From: Auanema rhodensis
Taxonomy: Eukaryota; Animalia; Nematoda
Reading direction: 5' to 3'
Assembly (NCBI GenBank): GCA_964057225.1
Contig: OZ059895.1
Location: forward strand, 15,252,001 to 15,316,000
DNA length: 64,000 bases
A model generated the notes under the pieces. It worked only from the letters and a program-made list of their open reading frames with translations. It ran no database searches and was not told the DNA's origin. The translations under genes and the position numbers were made by a program. Shown here in pieces: positions 1 to 11,139 of the stretch (the first letter of the stretch is position 1; every line of letters begins with the position of its first letter).

Positions 1-188
1 AAGGATAGATTGTGCATATTACTGGTGGAACATGACGGAAAATCATCTGCCAAAGATACATTTAAGGTTCATCATTATCACTTTTATCTCATGTCATGAT
101 ATTTTGAATGAAAAACAAAAAGAAATAATACATAATTATTTTCAGAAAACTGGACTACAGCCCACAAACATATGTGTGCCGTTATTAG
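1..188 (+). CDS. Possible last two exons of an upstream gene, product unknown
   Basis: An open frame (RIDCAYYWWNMTENHLPKIHL) is followed by a GT..TTTTCAG intron at 67-145 and then KLDYSPQTYVCRY*. A second frame is also open, so the frame is uncertain. Confidence 0.3.
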
Positions 189-1769
189 TAGCAGATGAAT
201 GATGATTATATGTAAAATTGCATTTCTAAAAGAGAAAACATTTCCGAAACAAATCACCTGAGAAGAGCTTTATTTTTGTTATCCAATTCTCACATATTAC
301 TACCTTTTCTTATTTTTGTCGTCTGAAAGAGTATATATATATAAATATATAAATATATAAATATATATATATATACATGAATATATTTTTCTAAAACAAA
401 ATAAAAATAAAAATAATTTCGTATACAACCGCTTTAATTGAACTTTAAATGAAAAATGAGTTATCATGATGTTTGGCGTACGTGAAAATTTGAACTGTGT
501 TGTCGTCGTGATCATTTCATTTACAACGGAAATGAAAAAGTTCCTTGTTCATTACTTAAAAGATCAATTTGAAAATAAAAGAAAAAATATCTCCGTGATT
601 TTGTCAGTTTATTCTCTGTCTTTTGTTCTGTCATTTAACTCACGAAAGATCATTAAGTACATCATGGGGGTAATAGTATATGACAAATAAGATACAAACA
701 GACAGACAGACACACACACACATCTAATACAGGAAAGAAGCTATAGTTGTCAATTAAAGGTCTGCAAGTCCAAACAAAACAATAATATTAATATCGCATA
801 ATAAGACTTCTATAATATCATTATTTATATAATAAGTTAGTTCTAGAGAACAACAACAAAAAATAGTAATACAATATTTTAAATTTCTTATATTTGCTAT
901 ATTTGCTATATTCTGATATCGATTATAGAATATATGTATAGCTCTTCAACGACACACCAGTATTTGTATGAGAAATGAAACGTGGAAAAGGATGACTATT
1001 GCTATAAATGGTCCATGAAAAGGCTTCATCATTTCTTTATCATTACGATAAAAGTAATACTCCTTGTAGTGCTAGTAAAAGTGGGCGAGCCTGAGCATCT
1101 AAGATGAAATGATAAAGAGATTAGTTGACTTGAAATTGTTTTTGTGAACTATTTTAGATCAGTTTTCAATAATTCAATTATATTCTTGTATTACTTTTGG
1201 TTTCCTTTTGTTCAATAAATTTATTTTTACTCCTCTTTTGTGTCGATTCTTCCACAGTTGTATTTCACTATGAAAGAGTGAAAGACAAACATATAATAAT
1301 AATGGTCATGATTCAAATAAACGTTTATTTCATATTTCAGCCTTTATTGATAACTATCATTTTACTTTCATGCTTGTATGCATCATAAAGTAAAGAATTT
1401 AATAGAAATCAAAAAGAGAGAGAGAGAGAAAAAAAGGTGAAAATGAGTGAAAAAACGTCTCCCAACAGTATTACACGTTTATTATTGTTTTTGTGCTTCA
1501 AAATTTCCAGCGAAATTTGCTGCCAGTTGTTGTAATGCATATGGCCATATACTACAAGATTTATTCTACAGCTTAGTTTGTGTATATCCACATACTATTT
1601 GATTTTTTAACTTAGTTTCTCAAATATATGTCTTAAACAGGGTTTATGATCTCTATTCGTTATGAAACAATATTGAAAGTTTTCTCATTTTCAACTGTAT
1701 TTTATTTTTAAAAATTAATTACCATAAATTGAATTTAATTATATATTTTCAGAATATATAAAGTATTGG

Positions 1770-3760
1770 ATGAAGATCCCTACTGTTCGATATAATGTAC
1801 TGAAACATGTGGATGTACCTATTCATTACCACACTTTAAAAAAGGTTTTAGCTTTCTTAGCAGTTTTAATTGCAGTTTATATATTATATACTAAGAGGGA
1901 AGGTTAGTTAAATCATGTTTTCTTAAAAATTTGTGAAGTTTCCAACTTTTTAGAACATATTCGTAAACAATATGTACTTGAATGGGAAGAGTTCTTATCA
2001 AATATCAAACAGAATTATCTTAGCATTGAAGGTAATGGTGGTCGTGTAGGTAATCAAGTAAGTTCACCTTCATATTTTCTCAAAATCAGTTATAACTTCT
2101 AAAACTACTGAACGATGACGAATTCATTCAGATATTCACATTGGCATCTGGCTGGGGTATAGCTAAAAAACTCAATCGAACCTTCTATATTTCTAAAAAT
2201 TCGGATGAACGCTTTAGTATTGAGAGACAACGTTCAATAACCGAGAAAATATTTCCCAAACTGAAAAATTTGTATGTATATATGGTTAGTTGTAATCATA
2301 CATCAATTAAACCGAACACTTACAACTATAACTTGAATTCAGAAGCCTCCGGCATCCATGGAAACCGCAGTCGAGCATGACTATCAAAACGGAAAGCAGT
2401 GTTGTTGTACCTATGAAGACCCTTTAAAGTAATGAAATTCTTTAGCCTGAAACTAACCAGTGACTTTATTTTAGACATCGTAATGAAAAAAGCAAATTTC
2501 TATTATTGAAAACAAAATTTACTCAGAATATGCTCAACTTTTTTGATTCTATGGACGAGTTCAAGACATATCTGGAATTTAGTCCAGACATTAAATCCTT
2601 TGGACAAGCATATATTAAGAAAAATCACATGTGTGTCTACAATTCTGCTTCTCTCTCATTGATTCTTTTTTTATTTTAAACTTTTTCCTTTTTCAGAAAT
2701 GCATCTGATCATATAGCCTGTGTTCATATACGAAAAACGGATTTTGTAGGCTTAAACCGAAATGTACCGGATGATGTTCTTGAAGCATTAATAGAATATT
2801 TCATGTCGAAAAATGTAAATTTATTTTTTTCAATTGAAATCTTCTGCCCTCCTTCGCCTACTCTCGATCTCGTTCTCTACATCTCTCTATTTCAGAATCA
2901 TAATAGGCTATTGTTCTTTGGAGATGACAGAAACTTTATGAATACATTATTAGAACGTTTAAAAAATAATAAGAATTTAGCCATTGCATCGGTAATTAGC
3001 ATCAGTTTTTCCTCTTTATTATCCTTCATTATACGACATTTTTCCAGGATTCTCTTGTTAGTGAGAATGAAAGTGGGGTCGATCTGTATCTTGCCAGTGA
3101 AGTATGCACAGCATTTCTTATAACTCATCCCGTTCGTTTTAATTCCTTTTTATTATATTTAATATATATTTACGGAAATGACATACGTTTATAGGCGACA
3201 ACATTTGGTTTTTGGTCAGCTTTTTTAACAAAAAATTGGAAAGACGTCTATTATTATTATATTCCAAATCAAGAAATAACATTGTATAAAAAAGGCTTCC
3301 CGTGAGTTTTTCTCCTTTTTTTTCTGTTTTTGATTGAGCTTCATGCTGCTGCTACTGCTGGCTATTGCTGCTTCTACAGCTTCTTCTACTGTTACCGGTA
3401 GTGCATGCTGGTTTTTGCAACTAATTGTGACAGATGTTGATGCTTCAATGCTCTTCAGAATTTTATTAGTTTTATTCTTTTTTATCTGAAAAAATAGACT
3501 TTTATTTGGTTGAAAATCTTTATTGCGACGACTATAATATCAGCACAACCAGTCAAGTCAGCATTCATTTTGAAATAACTATGTCTGTCAGGCTGAGCTA
3601 TATAATTTTAATTTTCGTTCTAAGACCGCTTTCCAATGCTTATTATTTTCCTCTGATATTCAAATACATTTAAAGAGTTTTTATGATATATTCCAGATTA
3701 CCATGGAATCCAATCGGCTATCAAAATAAATTGGTAGCACCCATAGAGCTTACTCCATAA
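1770..3760 (+). CDS. Alpha-1,2-fucosyltransferase (glycosyltransferase family 11), multi-exon type II membrane protein
   Basis: Spliced translation gives an N-terminal TM segment (VLAFLAVLIAVYILY) and the GT11 motifs GGRVGNQ|IFTLASGWGIAKKLNRT, ACVHIRKTDF, LFFGDD and TTFGFWSAFL. A TTTTCAG trans-splice-type acceptor lies at 1746-1752. Confidence 0.85.
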
Positions 3761-3947
3761 CTTAGGTTTCTTAATCTTATTTACTTTAATTTTTTTTTGC
3801 TTTATGTTATATGTGATAATGAATATCCAAACACAATAATATTATATGGATTATAGTTGATAGATCAAAGGAATTTTACAAAAAAATTATTCAAATGTTT
3901 GTGTGTTGCTCCGTATTTTTTGAATTTTAGAAACAATTTAAACTGTC

Positions 3948-4026
3948 AAGAATCAGATGTTGAAGCTTTCTACTGTAAATGGAGAAATAAACAGAATGTA
4001 ACCAATTTTTGGAGAAAGTTGGAGAT
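3948..4026. repeat. 79-bp segment with an inverted copy at 8448-8526
   Basis: Direct comparison: the reverse complement matches with 2 mismatches. Confidence 0.9.
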
Positions 4027-4714
4027 GAATGTAGCTGAACCCTACTGGACCTTGCCTACTAAAAGTTGTATGTACACAAATTTGATGAAATATGTTAGAA
4101 CATCATGCTTATGATAGCTTTTTGATTTTGAAAACAAATGAAATGTTTAAAGGGAATATGCGTATCTTCATGTAATTTCTAGGCTATAAACGAGGAGGAA
4201 GATGGTAAACAAATGAAGTACAATTAGATAATAAGGTTCATAAGGTTTATAAGTGATCTACTAATTGTTTTTTCTTTTATTAATCTGAACAGAAACTGTT
4301 TCTAGTTGAGAGTGAGGGTTCATAAAACAAATAAAACTTCAAATAGAAGAATCCGATAATGGTTTGTTCTCATTCTTTAGTATGGGTGCATGCAAACAAG
4401 TAAGATTGAACTTGATTGTACAACACATAAGCCCTTGAACGCTTGTCCCGAAATGGAAGAGATAGCAAGTTTCAAGAATTAAAACAATAATAAGCCTTTC
4501 GGCTCTCCAAAAAATATGATGTTTTAGATCACTAGTCGACAGCTAAACTGTGACTCTGTGATCAAATTGGGGGTTTGTGGTTTTTAAGGTTTTTAAAAAT
4601 TTACCAAACTATTGCAAAATAAGTTCATCGTATCATAAGCACGTGTTGTACATATATTGAAATTTCATAATATGCTAATGAGAAGTTGTTTTGATGATAG
4701 CATTTGAGCGTGGC

Positions 4715-4760
4715 AATAATATGTATTTTGCCGTTCTAGCGCACCTTTTCGCCCATCCTC
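4715..4760 (-). repeat. Diverged third TIR-like copy
   Basis: The reverse complement GATGGGCGAAAAGGTGCGCTAGAA resembles the 4839/8425 TIR. Its inner part (4715-4738) recurs inverted at 8553-8576 with 1 mismatch. Confidence 0.6.
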
Positions 4761-4947
4761 AATTTTCTGCATTTTTAAGCCATTTTAAGGCTGAATATCA
4801 ATGATTTTGTGTCTAAACTCATTGTATCTTTAAAAATGGATGGTCGAGAAAAGTGCGCTAACATTTTTAATAAAAATAATGTTCAATAAATGGTGAAGTC
4901 CAGAGGATCTGCGTCGCAAGCTCCTCCAGGAGTACCTGAGAATCTAA

Positions 4948-5154
4948 GATTCAATAACTAAAAATAAAGGAAATATTTTTTACTTTGACTCCTTCGGATT
5001 GGATCCACCAATAGAACTTCAAAAATATTTAAAAGATGAAAAAGATAAAGATAAAATAGAACTCTCCACATTTCAAATTCAAGAATTCGGAACTAATCAC
5101 TGCGGTTATTACTGCTTACTTCTTCTAAAGTTACTGGAACATTTGGAAGTTTAG
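4948..5154 (+). pseudogene. Maverick/Polinton adenovirus-type cysteine protease (adenain/PRO) fragment
   Basis: An intronless ATG-less frame reads FFYFDSFGLDPPIELQKYL...STFQIQEFGTNHCGYYCLLLL, carrying the YFDSFG and Q-x6-CG-x2-C motifs of Polinton maturation proteases. The upstream catalytic His region is missing. Confidence 0.8.
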
Positions 5155-5219
5155 GATTCTCTATTTCATCTTGAATTCTTTTATTGTAATAATCTACAAA
5201 CTCTTGACGTCTTCCCGTA

Positions 5220-5662
5220 CCGTCGAGAAATATTCGTTTTTGTTGCGGAGCAGAAGCGAAGACGGAATCTCAAACCGTCGATCTCTGTTTTGTAGAGTCA
5301 GCTCATGAGGAATCCATTTATCCAGCTTTTTCGTTTTTTCCAATGTTATTTAAATGCTCAGATACAGTTGCTATACTGACGTGAAGTTCAGTGGCAAGTT
5401 TTCTGACCGTTGTACGTGGATTAGATTCCACCAGACTCTTCAGAACGTCTTCATCAATCAGTGAATGACGACCACGACCTTTCACATCTTCTAAATTAAA
5501 ATCTCCGTTTCGGAATTTCTGGAACCAACGATCCACTGTGGATTCATGAACACTGCCTTGTCTCCATACTTCATTAATATTCCTAGTTGTTTGAGCTGCA
5601 CTTCGTCCGAGTTTGAACTCATAGAAAAAAATTTGACAAAACTGTTTTTTTGAAACATCCAT
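5220..5662 (-). mobile_element. Truncated mariner (Mos1/Hsmar-like) transposase, DNA-binding half
   Basis: The HTH region reads FFYEFKLGRSAAQTTRNINEVW, RWFQKFRNGDFNLED and GR..HS. After a frameshift it continues KKLDKWIPHELT, then breaks off before the DDD domain. Confidence 0.9.
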
Positions 5663-5829
5663 TTTGAATCACTATAACTACTTTATTTTCAGATTAATTT
5701 TGACCCAACTTAAACCCAGTAAAGTAACAACTAAAAAGTATAAGTTGTTAAAAAAAAGAAAAACCAATAATTTTGAGCAAAAAAATCGAAAGAACCATAT
5801 TAACCGTATTATTGCGTATTGCCACCGTA

Positions 5830-6651
5830 TTAAAATTCTCCAGCAACTTGTAAATCTGAATAAACTTGTCTTCTTATTCTACCAATCCTTTGATTTCCAA
5901 AAGTCTCGGAATTTTTAGATTTTCTGTTTTCTAATTCTGCGAGAGCATATTTAGCAAACTTAGTAACATATTCATCATAACTTGGAAAATTATCACAGTC
6001 TTCTCTAGTTTTTACAAAATCAGAGATTTCTAGATCTTTAAATTTCAAGTAAACTTCATAACTTGGTATCTTGGAGCAATCATTTTTGATATTTAAATAT
6101 TCTTCATAATTTGGTAATGGGATAGGTTTTAATTCTTCATTTCCATTTGCTTCTAGGAAGCTTTGCTTTCGCTTGATATTTCTTTTGGTTCTAGTAGCTG
6201 TATAATTATTATTAGTATTATTCATTGTCACCTCTTTAAATTTCACAAGCGAATCTGAAGGAGATCCTTTGAGTCTTTCTCGTTCTAATTTTTCTGGTTT
6301 TCTTTTTTCAAATTCTAGATATTTCTTCATCTTTTCATCTCTCCTCTTTTCAAATTCTATACGATCAGCTTCGTATTCATCTCTTACTTCTTTATCTTTT
6401 TGATACGATCCTGGATTTGAACTCATTTCTTTCAGACTACGAGTTAATGTTAGTGCTTGTGGTGTTGGAATTTTTGGAATTTTATTTTGTAACTGACGTA
6501 CTGCAAAACCTTCTTCACTAATTATGAGATCAAGATTACAATCTCTCACAATTTTGTTTTTAATCAAACTCAGAGCAATTTGTTTTTTACTATTTATCCA
6601 CAGTCCATATTCATGATTCCATTTAGTTTTCCAATTGAAATATATGGTGTG
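5830..6651 (-). CDS. Intronless orphan ORF, about 274 open codons and 5'-truncated (first ATG at 6426); charged coiled-coil plus three [LIF]PxY motifs
   Basis: The frame is open from 6651 to the stop at 5830 with no introns. It contains LPNYEEY, IPSYEVY and FPSYDEY. No family is recognised. Confidence 0.5.
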   Translation of the reverse strand, partial: HTIYFNWKTKWNHEYGLWINSKKQIALSLIKNKIVRDCNLDLIISEEGFAVRQLQNKIPKIPTPQALTLTRSLKEMSSNPGSYQKDKEVRDEYEADRIEFEKRRDEKMKKYLEFEKRKPEKLERERLKGSPSDSLVKFKEVTMNNTNNNYTATRTKRNIKRKQSFLEANGNEELKPIPLPNYEEYLNIKNDCSKIPSYEVYLKFKDLEISDFVKTREDCDNFPSYDEYVTKFAKYALAELENRKSKNSETFGNQRIGRIRRQVYSDLQVAGEF

Positions 6652-6842
6652 TCAATTGAAACGTAGCTACCCGTGGGAATTTCGAAAAAATATGATAATT
6701 TTTCAAATTTTTAAATTTTTAAAAAAATAATTACAAAATTTAAATATATTTAAATCTAATATTACAAAAAAAATTTTAATTTAATTTTTTTCACCTGAAA
6801 AAACTTTTTTTTTCACCTATTTCAATTTTTTCTGTTTTTGTT

Positions 6843-7335
6843 ATGGATGTAGCTCATATGCGCCATGTCTTTCTTTCTCATTTTGAAATTGGTGTTTCTG
6901 CTCATGAAGCCTACCGAAAAATGAAAGCTGTATATGGAGAATCTTCTCCAGCATATAGCACATGTAAGAAGTGGTTTGCCCGCTTCAAAACCGGCGAGAT
7001 CGATCTTGCAGATCGTCAAAGACCCGGTACCAGTCAGAAATTCAGTGATTCTGACCTTCAGAATGTTCTCGAACAGACTCCTGGAGCAACCCAACTCCAG
7101 ATCGGGAAAAAACTGAAGGTCAGCAGAACTGCTGTTTCTCTCCGGCTTAAAAAAATGGGGAAAAGTCACAAAATTTCTCCGTTTTCCCCCTATGTCTTGT
7201 CTGAGAGCAATCTTAGGACAAGAGTAACTTTAGCTCAGGATCTTCTGAAATTGAGCCAAAGAATTTAAAGGGTTGGTGACAGGAGATGAGAAGTGGATTC
7301 TCTATTCCAACCCAACCAGACCAAAGTTTTGGCTT
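6843..7335 (+). mobile_element. Second truncated mariner transposase, from a different subfamily
   Basis: The HTH region reads CKKWFARFKTGEIDLADRQRPG. After a frameshift near 7265 it continues GLVTGDEKWILYSNP (first catalytic Asp), then is replaced by unrelated GC-richer DNA. Confidence 0.9.
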
Positions 7336-7615
7336 CTCTCTTTTACCTAACAACACACTCTTAAAACACTTTCGCTCCTGACAATCTCTCGATGTTTAGG
7401 CGTGACCACTTTCTCTTTATGTGACCTTTTTTTCTCTTCCTGTGGCCGAGCACAATCACACATATGCTCCAGTTGAACTAGACGCACGCGACGCGACACG
7501 CAAACGCTTTGGGCTAGAGTGGAAGGGTGATGAGAGTGACGCGTGACCAGAGACGCAGTGGAACACGGGACGTCCGCAACACTCATTTGCTAATAACTGT
7601 CTCATTAGGTTAACA

Positions 7616-8406
7616 ATGGAAAAAATACGTGCAGAGAAGCTTGAACAGATGCTCTTCACATCGTCGAAACCCGATGAGGTTGCGCATAGATGCGTCGTCG
7701 CAATAGATGCAAAACACGCGGTGTCATTTCGACATGGCCAACATTCAATGCTGGAAGAAAACGAGACGGTGGTTTTGTACAACGTAGTCGATCCGACGCT
7801 GCAATACGAGGTTTTTTTCTCAATTATTTGAACAAGTTGCTGAATTTAAGCTGCTTTTCACTGAAGTTCTTGTTATTTTTCAGGCCATCGTTTCTGCAGT
7901 TTCGGATCATCAAGATATTATAATATTCAAACTAACCGTTGGAGAATTTATGAGCTACCCACATGCTACGGATACTCTGTATCCTGGTAAACCATACCTG
8001 CAGTTGGGTGTTAACCCCCGCCGACAGGCGCTATGGAAAGAAGGAATTGTTTCGGAAAGGAAAGGCATGTCTAATTTCTTAACTTTACAGATGTTAATTG
8101 TTTGATTTAGTTGGATTCTACGTCGGCACTTCTCATGGAAGCATCGGCGATTCGGGATCGGGAATATTTGATTCTTTTGGGCAGTTCCTTGGACTTTCGA
8201 TAGGCAAGAAGTCTTCCGCCTTCAAAGATCGCGAGAATATGCCGATCGGAGAAGTGGCTGATCATCACCCGGACACGCAAATAATTAACGCGGATGTCAT
8301 TTTGTGCGTTTCGGGTCTCGTTGATGAAGAAGTAAGTTGATTTATTATTAGTTAGAGAATTGGTTTAATTGTTATGTTTCAGTTCGATTTTTATTCAAAC
8401 TGTTAG
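7616..8406 (+). CDS. Trypsin/chymotrypsin-fold serine protease without signal peptide (wosp-like cargo candidate); 3' end provided by the TIR
   Basis: Exons of about 7616-7810, 7884-8064, 8111-8331 and 8383-8406 splice in frame. The putative triad is His (AVSFRHG), Asp (HQDIIIF) and Ser (IGDSGSGIF). Intron 2 requires a GC donor. Confidence 0.75.
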
Positions 8407-8898
8407 CGCACTTTTCTCGACCATCTTTCATATTACTGATTCTTGAGATCTCCAACTTTCTCCCAAAATGGGTTACATTCTGTTTATTTCTCCATTTACA
8501 GTAGAAAGCTTCAACATCTGATTCTTAGATATCAACAGCTGCTGTATAAAGTTAGAACGGCAAAAAACATATTATTCGTGGTAGAGTTCATGTGGCACAT
8601 GCTGCGCGATAGAGCGCGATTCTGGCGATTTAAAATGTTTTTTCAACTGTTTTAATAAATTTTTTTTAACACCATCGAAATATTTAATAATGTAGATATC
8701 TTGATATTGTATCGGAAATGAAGTTCGAAAGTATTCTGGATGTTCAAGTATGTTTGTGTTCATTAAAAAAAATGAATATTATTAATATTTATTACATGGT
8801 TGGTCAGACCGATTATTGGAGTTTTTAACTAAAAATGCCTTTTTGCCTTGTCTCAGTTGTTAAATACTCGTATAGTTGCACTCATTACAGTTTTGCTA

Positions 8899-9832
8899 TT
8901 AGCAGATATTGCATGTGGTGGCGCAAAGCTTCTTTCTCTCGGCATTATCGTAGAATGGGTTGGTGCAGAATCCGTTCTTAGCCCAAGCGGCGCAGCTAAA
9001 AGTTAATTTTCATGATGTGACTTTCATTAAAATATGATGAGGCTTACTTTTGGCTGGTATTAGGAACTGGTTTACAGGCTCCTGGGTTAGTTCCTGGGTT
9101 TGTTCCTGGGTTGGTGCTGCCTACAATCAAATGTTTAGATAGCGTGTGAACATGAATAGGAGCTTACTGCAGAGGTCACAGGTACGTTGGCAGTTGGTGC
9201 TGACGAAGGACTTGAAGCTGTCGATGAAGCACATTTGTGATTGTGTGGAACAGTCAACAGCCTTATCGATGCAACCTCCCAAAAGACAGAATCCGCAAGA
9301 GGCTGGGCAATCTTGAGCAATGATTTCTCTCCAGGCTGGATCGTTGCACATAGCCTTGGTCACAGTACTGCATGTGAGTCTTGGTTCTGAAAATGAGTAT
9401 TCTACAATGTGTACTGAAGAAAAGTTGTTTATACTGGCAGCATTCGAGCACTTCCATTCAGGGGTTTCACAGCAGTATCCACAGGTCTTGGGGCAGTTCT
9501 TAATAGCAATAGCTTTCAAATCCTCGTCAACGGTAGTAGTATCAGAAGTCTGAAATCGGTTCGATATTCTCGTCATGGATGATGTTCTTACCTCGCACGT
9601 TGGTGGTCTATCAGGAGTAGCGATATCAACAGCTGCTGTATAAAGTTTTTCGCAGGTGGCATCTGGATATTTGTTTTCACAGTTTACGGCAGATGGGAGG
9701 AACTGAAGTGAGAATTGCTTATGGCATTTAGAATAGAAAGGCACAAACATTTGTTCCATCGGTACAGTTGGTATCGACGAGACCAGCGGAAGCTGTTGCA
9801 AGGATGCAGGCGAAGAGAACGAAGCTGAACAT
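8899..9832 (-). CDS. Secreted multi-ShKT (ShK toxin-like) domain protein, copy 1
   Basis: Signal peptide MFSFVLFACILATASA is followed by repeated C..CPKTCGYC / CPASCGFC / CQRTCDLC / CATTCNIC ShKT C-termini and a TNPG x3 linker. Confidence 0.9.
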
Positions 9833-11139
9833 TGGTGCTCTGACAGCAGAATGATTGTGATATCTCTGACAAGGCTTATATAGTTGAAGATAGTGTCACA
9901 AGTTCTGTTAAAACCTTGGCCCATTACCATCTGAATCAACATAATCAGACAATGCCACGAAAAAAAAAACGAAACATCCATTTGTATCAATAAATCCAAT
10001 ATGCTTTATCTAGCTTAAAGATCAAGGCCATTCAGCAAATTAAATAATTGCAGTGAGAGAAGTATTCTTTAGCGTTTGCCATTTTCCGGAAGTTCGCTCA
10101 ATTTCAATACAGTTCATATATTTTGATATTTTGATGTTGAAAATGTCTGATACGCCAATTAGAACACTTCTATCTCACAGTTCATACACAGTTCCCTCGC
10201 AGATCCGAACTTTCAGCGTAGTTTTTGATCTCAATATGGAAGAAGTCGCGCATGCTTATGCTCAAACCTCCCTTCTTAATCAATTTTAAATCCTTTTACG
10301 TAACTATCATGACAGAGCGGTATCTGAGATCCCGATCAGATAAACAAGACAATATTTTATTGGATCTATATCAGATCTATATAAGAATTTGTAGCTTTTT
10401 AATAGAATAAGCATTTTCATCCAGCTTAGCAGATTAGATTATGTCTTTTTCCATTCACCAGCACGAGTATCAATCCGAACAGTGGGCTTCTACATACTTT
10501 AGAACATCAAGGATACTGTAGAAGAGATCTTCTTACACCTATGCTCAACTTTGTTGTTGAAGTTGAAAGGCAGTTGAAACAGTGTTAGTTTATTCTGAAC
10601 CCACTCATCTCTCTCACCAATTCCATTTTCATTATCACATGTTCAATTTTTTTGCTTGTAATATTTGGACAAAAAACTGATTTTTTTATGAAAAAAAAAT
10701 GAACAATGTGACTATTTTGTCAATCTATATCAATTATTTGCTCAAATGATATTTGGATAGCATTCCTATTCAGTACCATTTCAAATATGAACTACCGGTG
10801 TTTCAAACGCCTCAGATGTGTTTTAGGATATAGAATTCAATTAGAAACCTCCTCTTCAACTTTATTTTTCTTGTAAACTTTAGAAATTGGCTTGTATTGC
10901 ATACATTTTACCGCTCGGTTAAACCCATGTGAAAAACTGTGCGCGATTCGGCAGAGAGAAAGAGAAGAAAACGAATGCATGATAGCCAATAAAACTTATT
11001 TTAAATTACTATATAATTATTTATTTTAGAATATATATTTGTATAGTTATGTGTATAGTATTATATAATATATGAGTGTAGATAGTGAAAGACAATATAG
11101 TTAGAGAAAGATGTTGGTAAGCTTTCAGCTTTATCCAGC

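Larger units (their letters stand above)
4839..8425. mobile_element. Composite non-autonomous element bounded by 39-bp inverted repeats, carrying Maverick- and mariner-derived fragments plus a serine protease gene
   Basis: GATGGTCGAGAAAAGTGCGCTAACA-[T/G]TTT[T/G]AATAAAAAT occurs at 4839-4877 and inverted at 8387-8425 (2 mismatches). The contents are listed separately. No clean TA target-site duplication is visible. Confidence 0.6.

Noticed and set aside
3857-4210. Degenerate ORF next to the composite element, possibly another transposase relic
   Set aside because: It has multiple stops and no motif I can assign, so only its inverted duplication is reported.
4839-8425. Intact autonomous Maverick or mariner
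   Set aside because: No pPolB, integrase, ATPase or capsid gene is recognisable, there are no long Maverick TIRs, and both transposases are frameshifted and truncated.
9127-9999. Single 290-aa ORF
   Set aside because: It reads through introns and a wrong-frame 5' region. The real ShKT gene starts at 9832 and is spliced.
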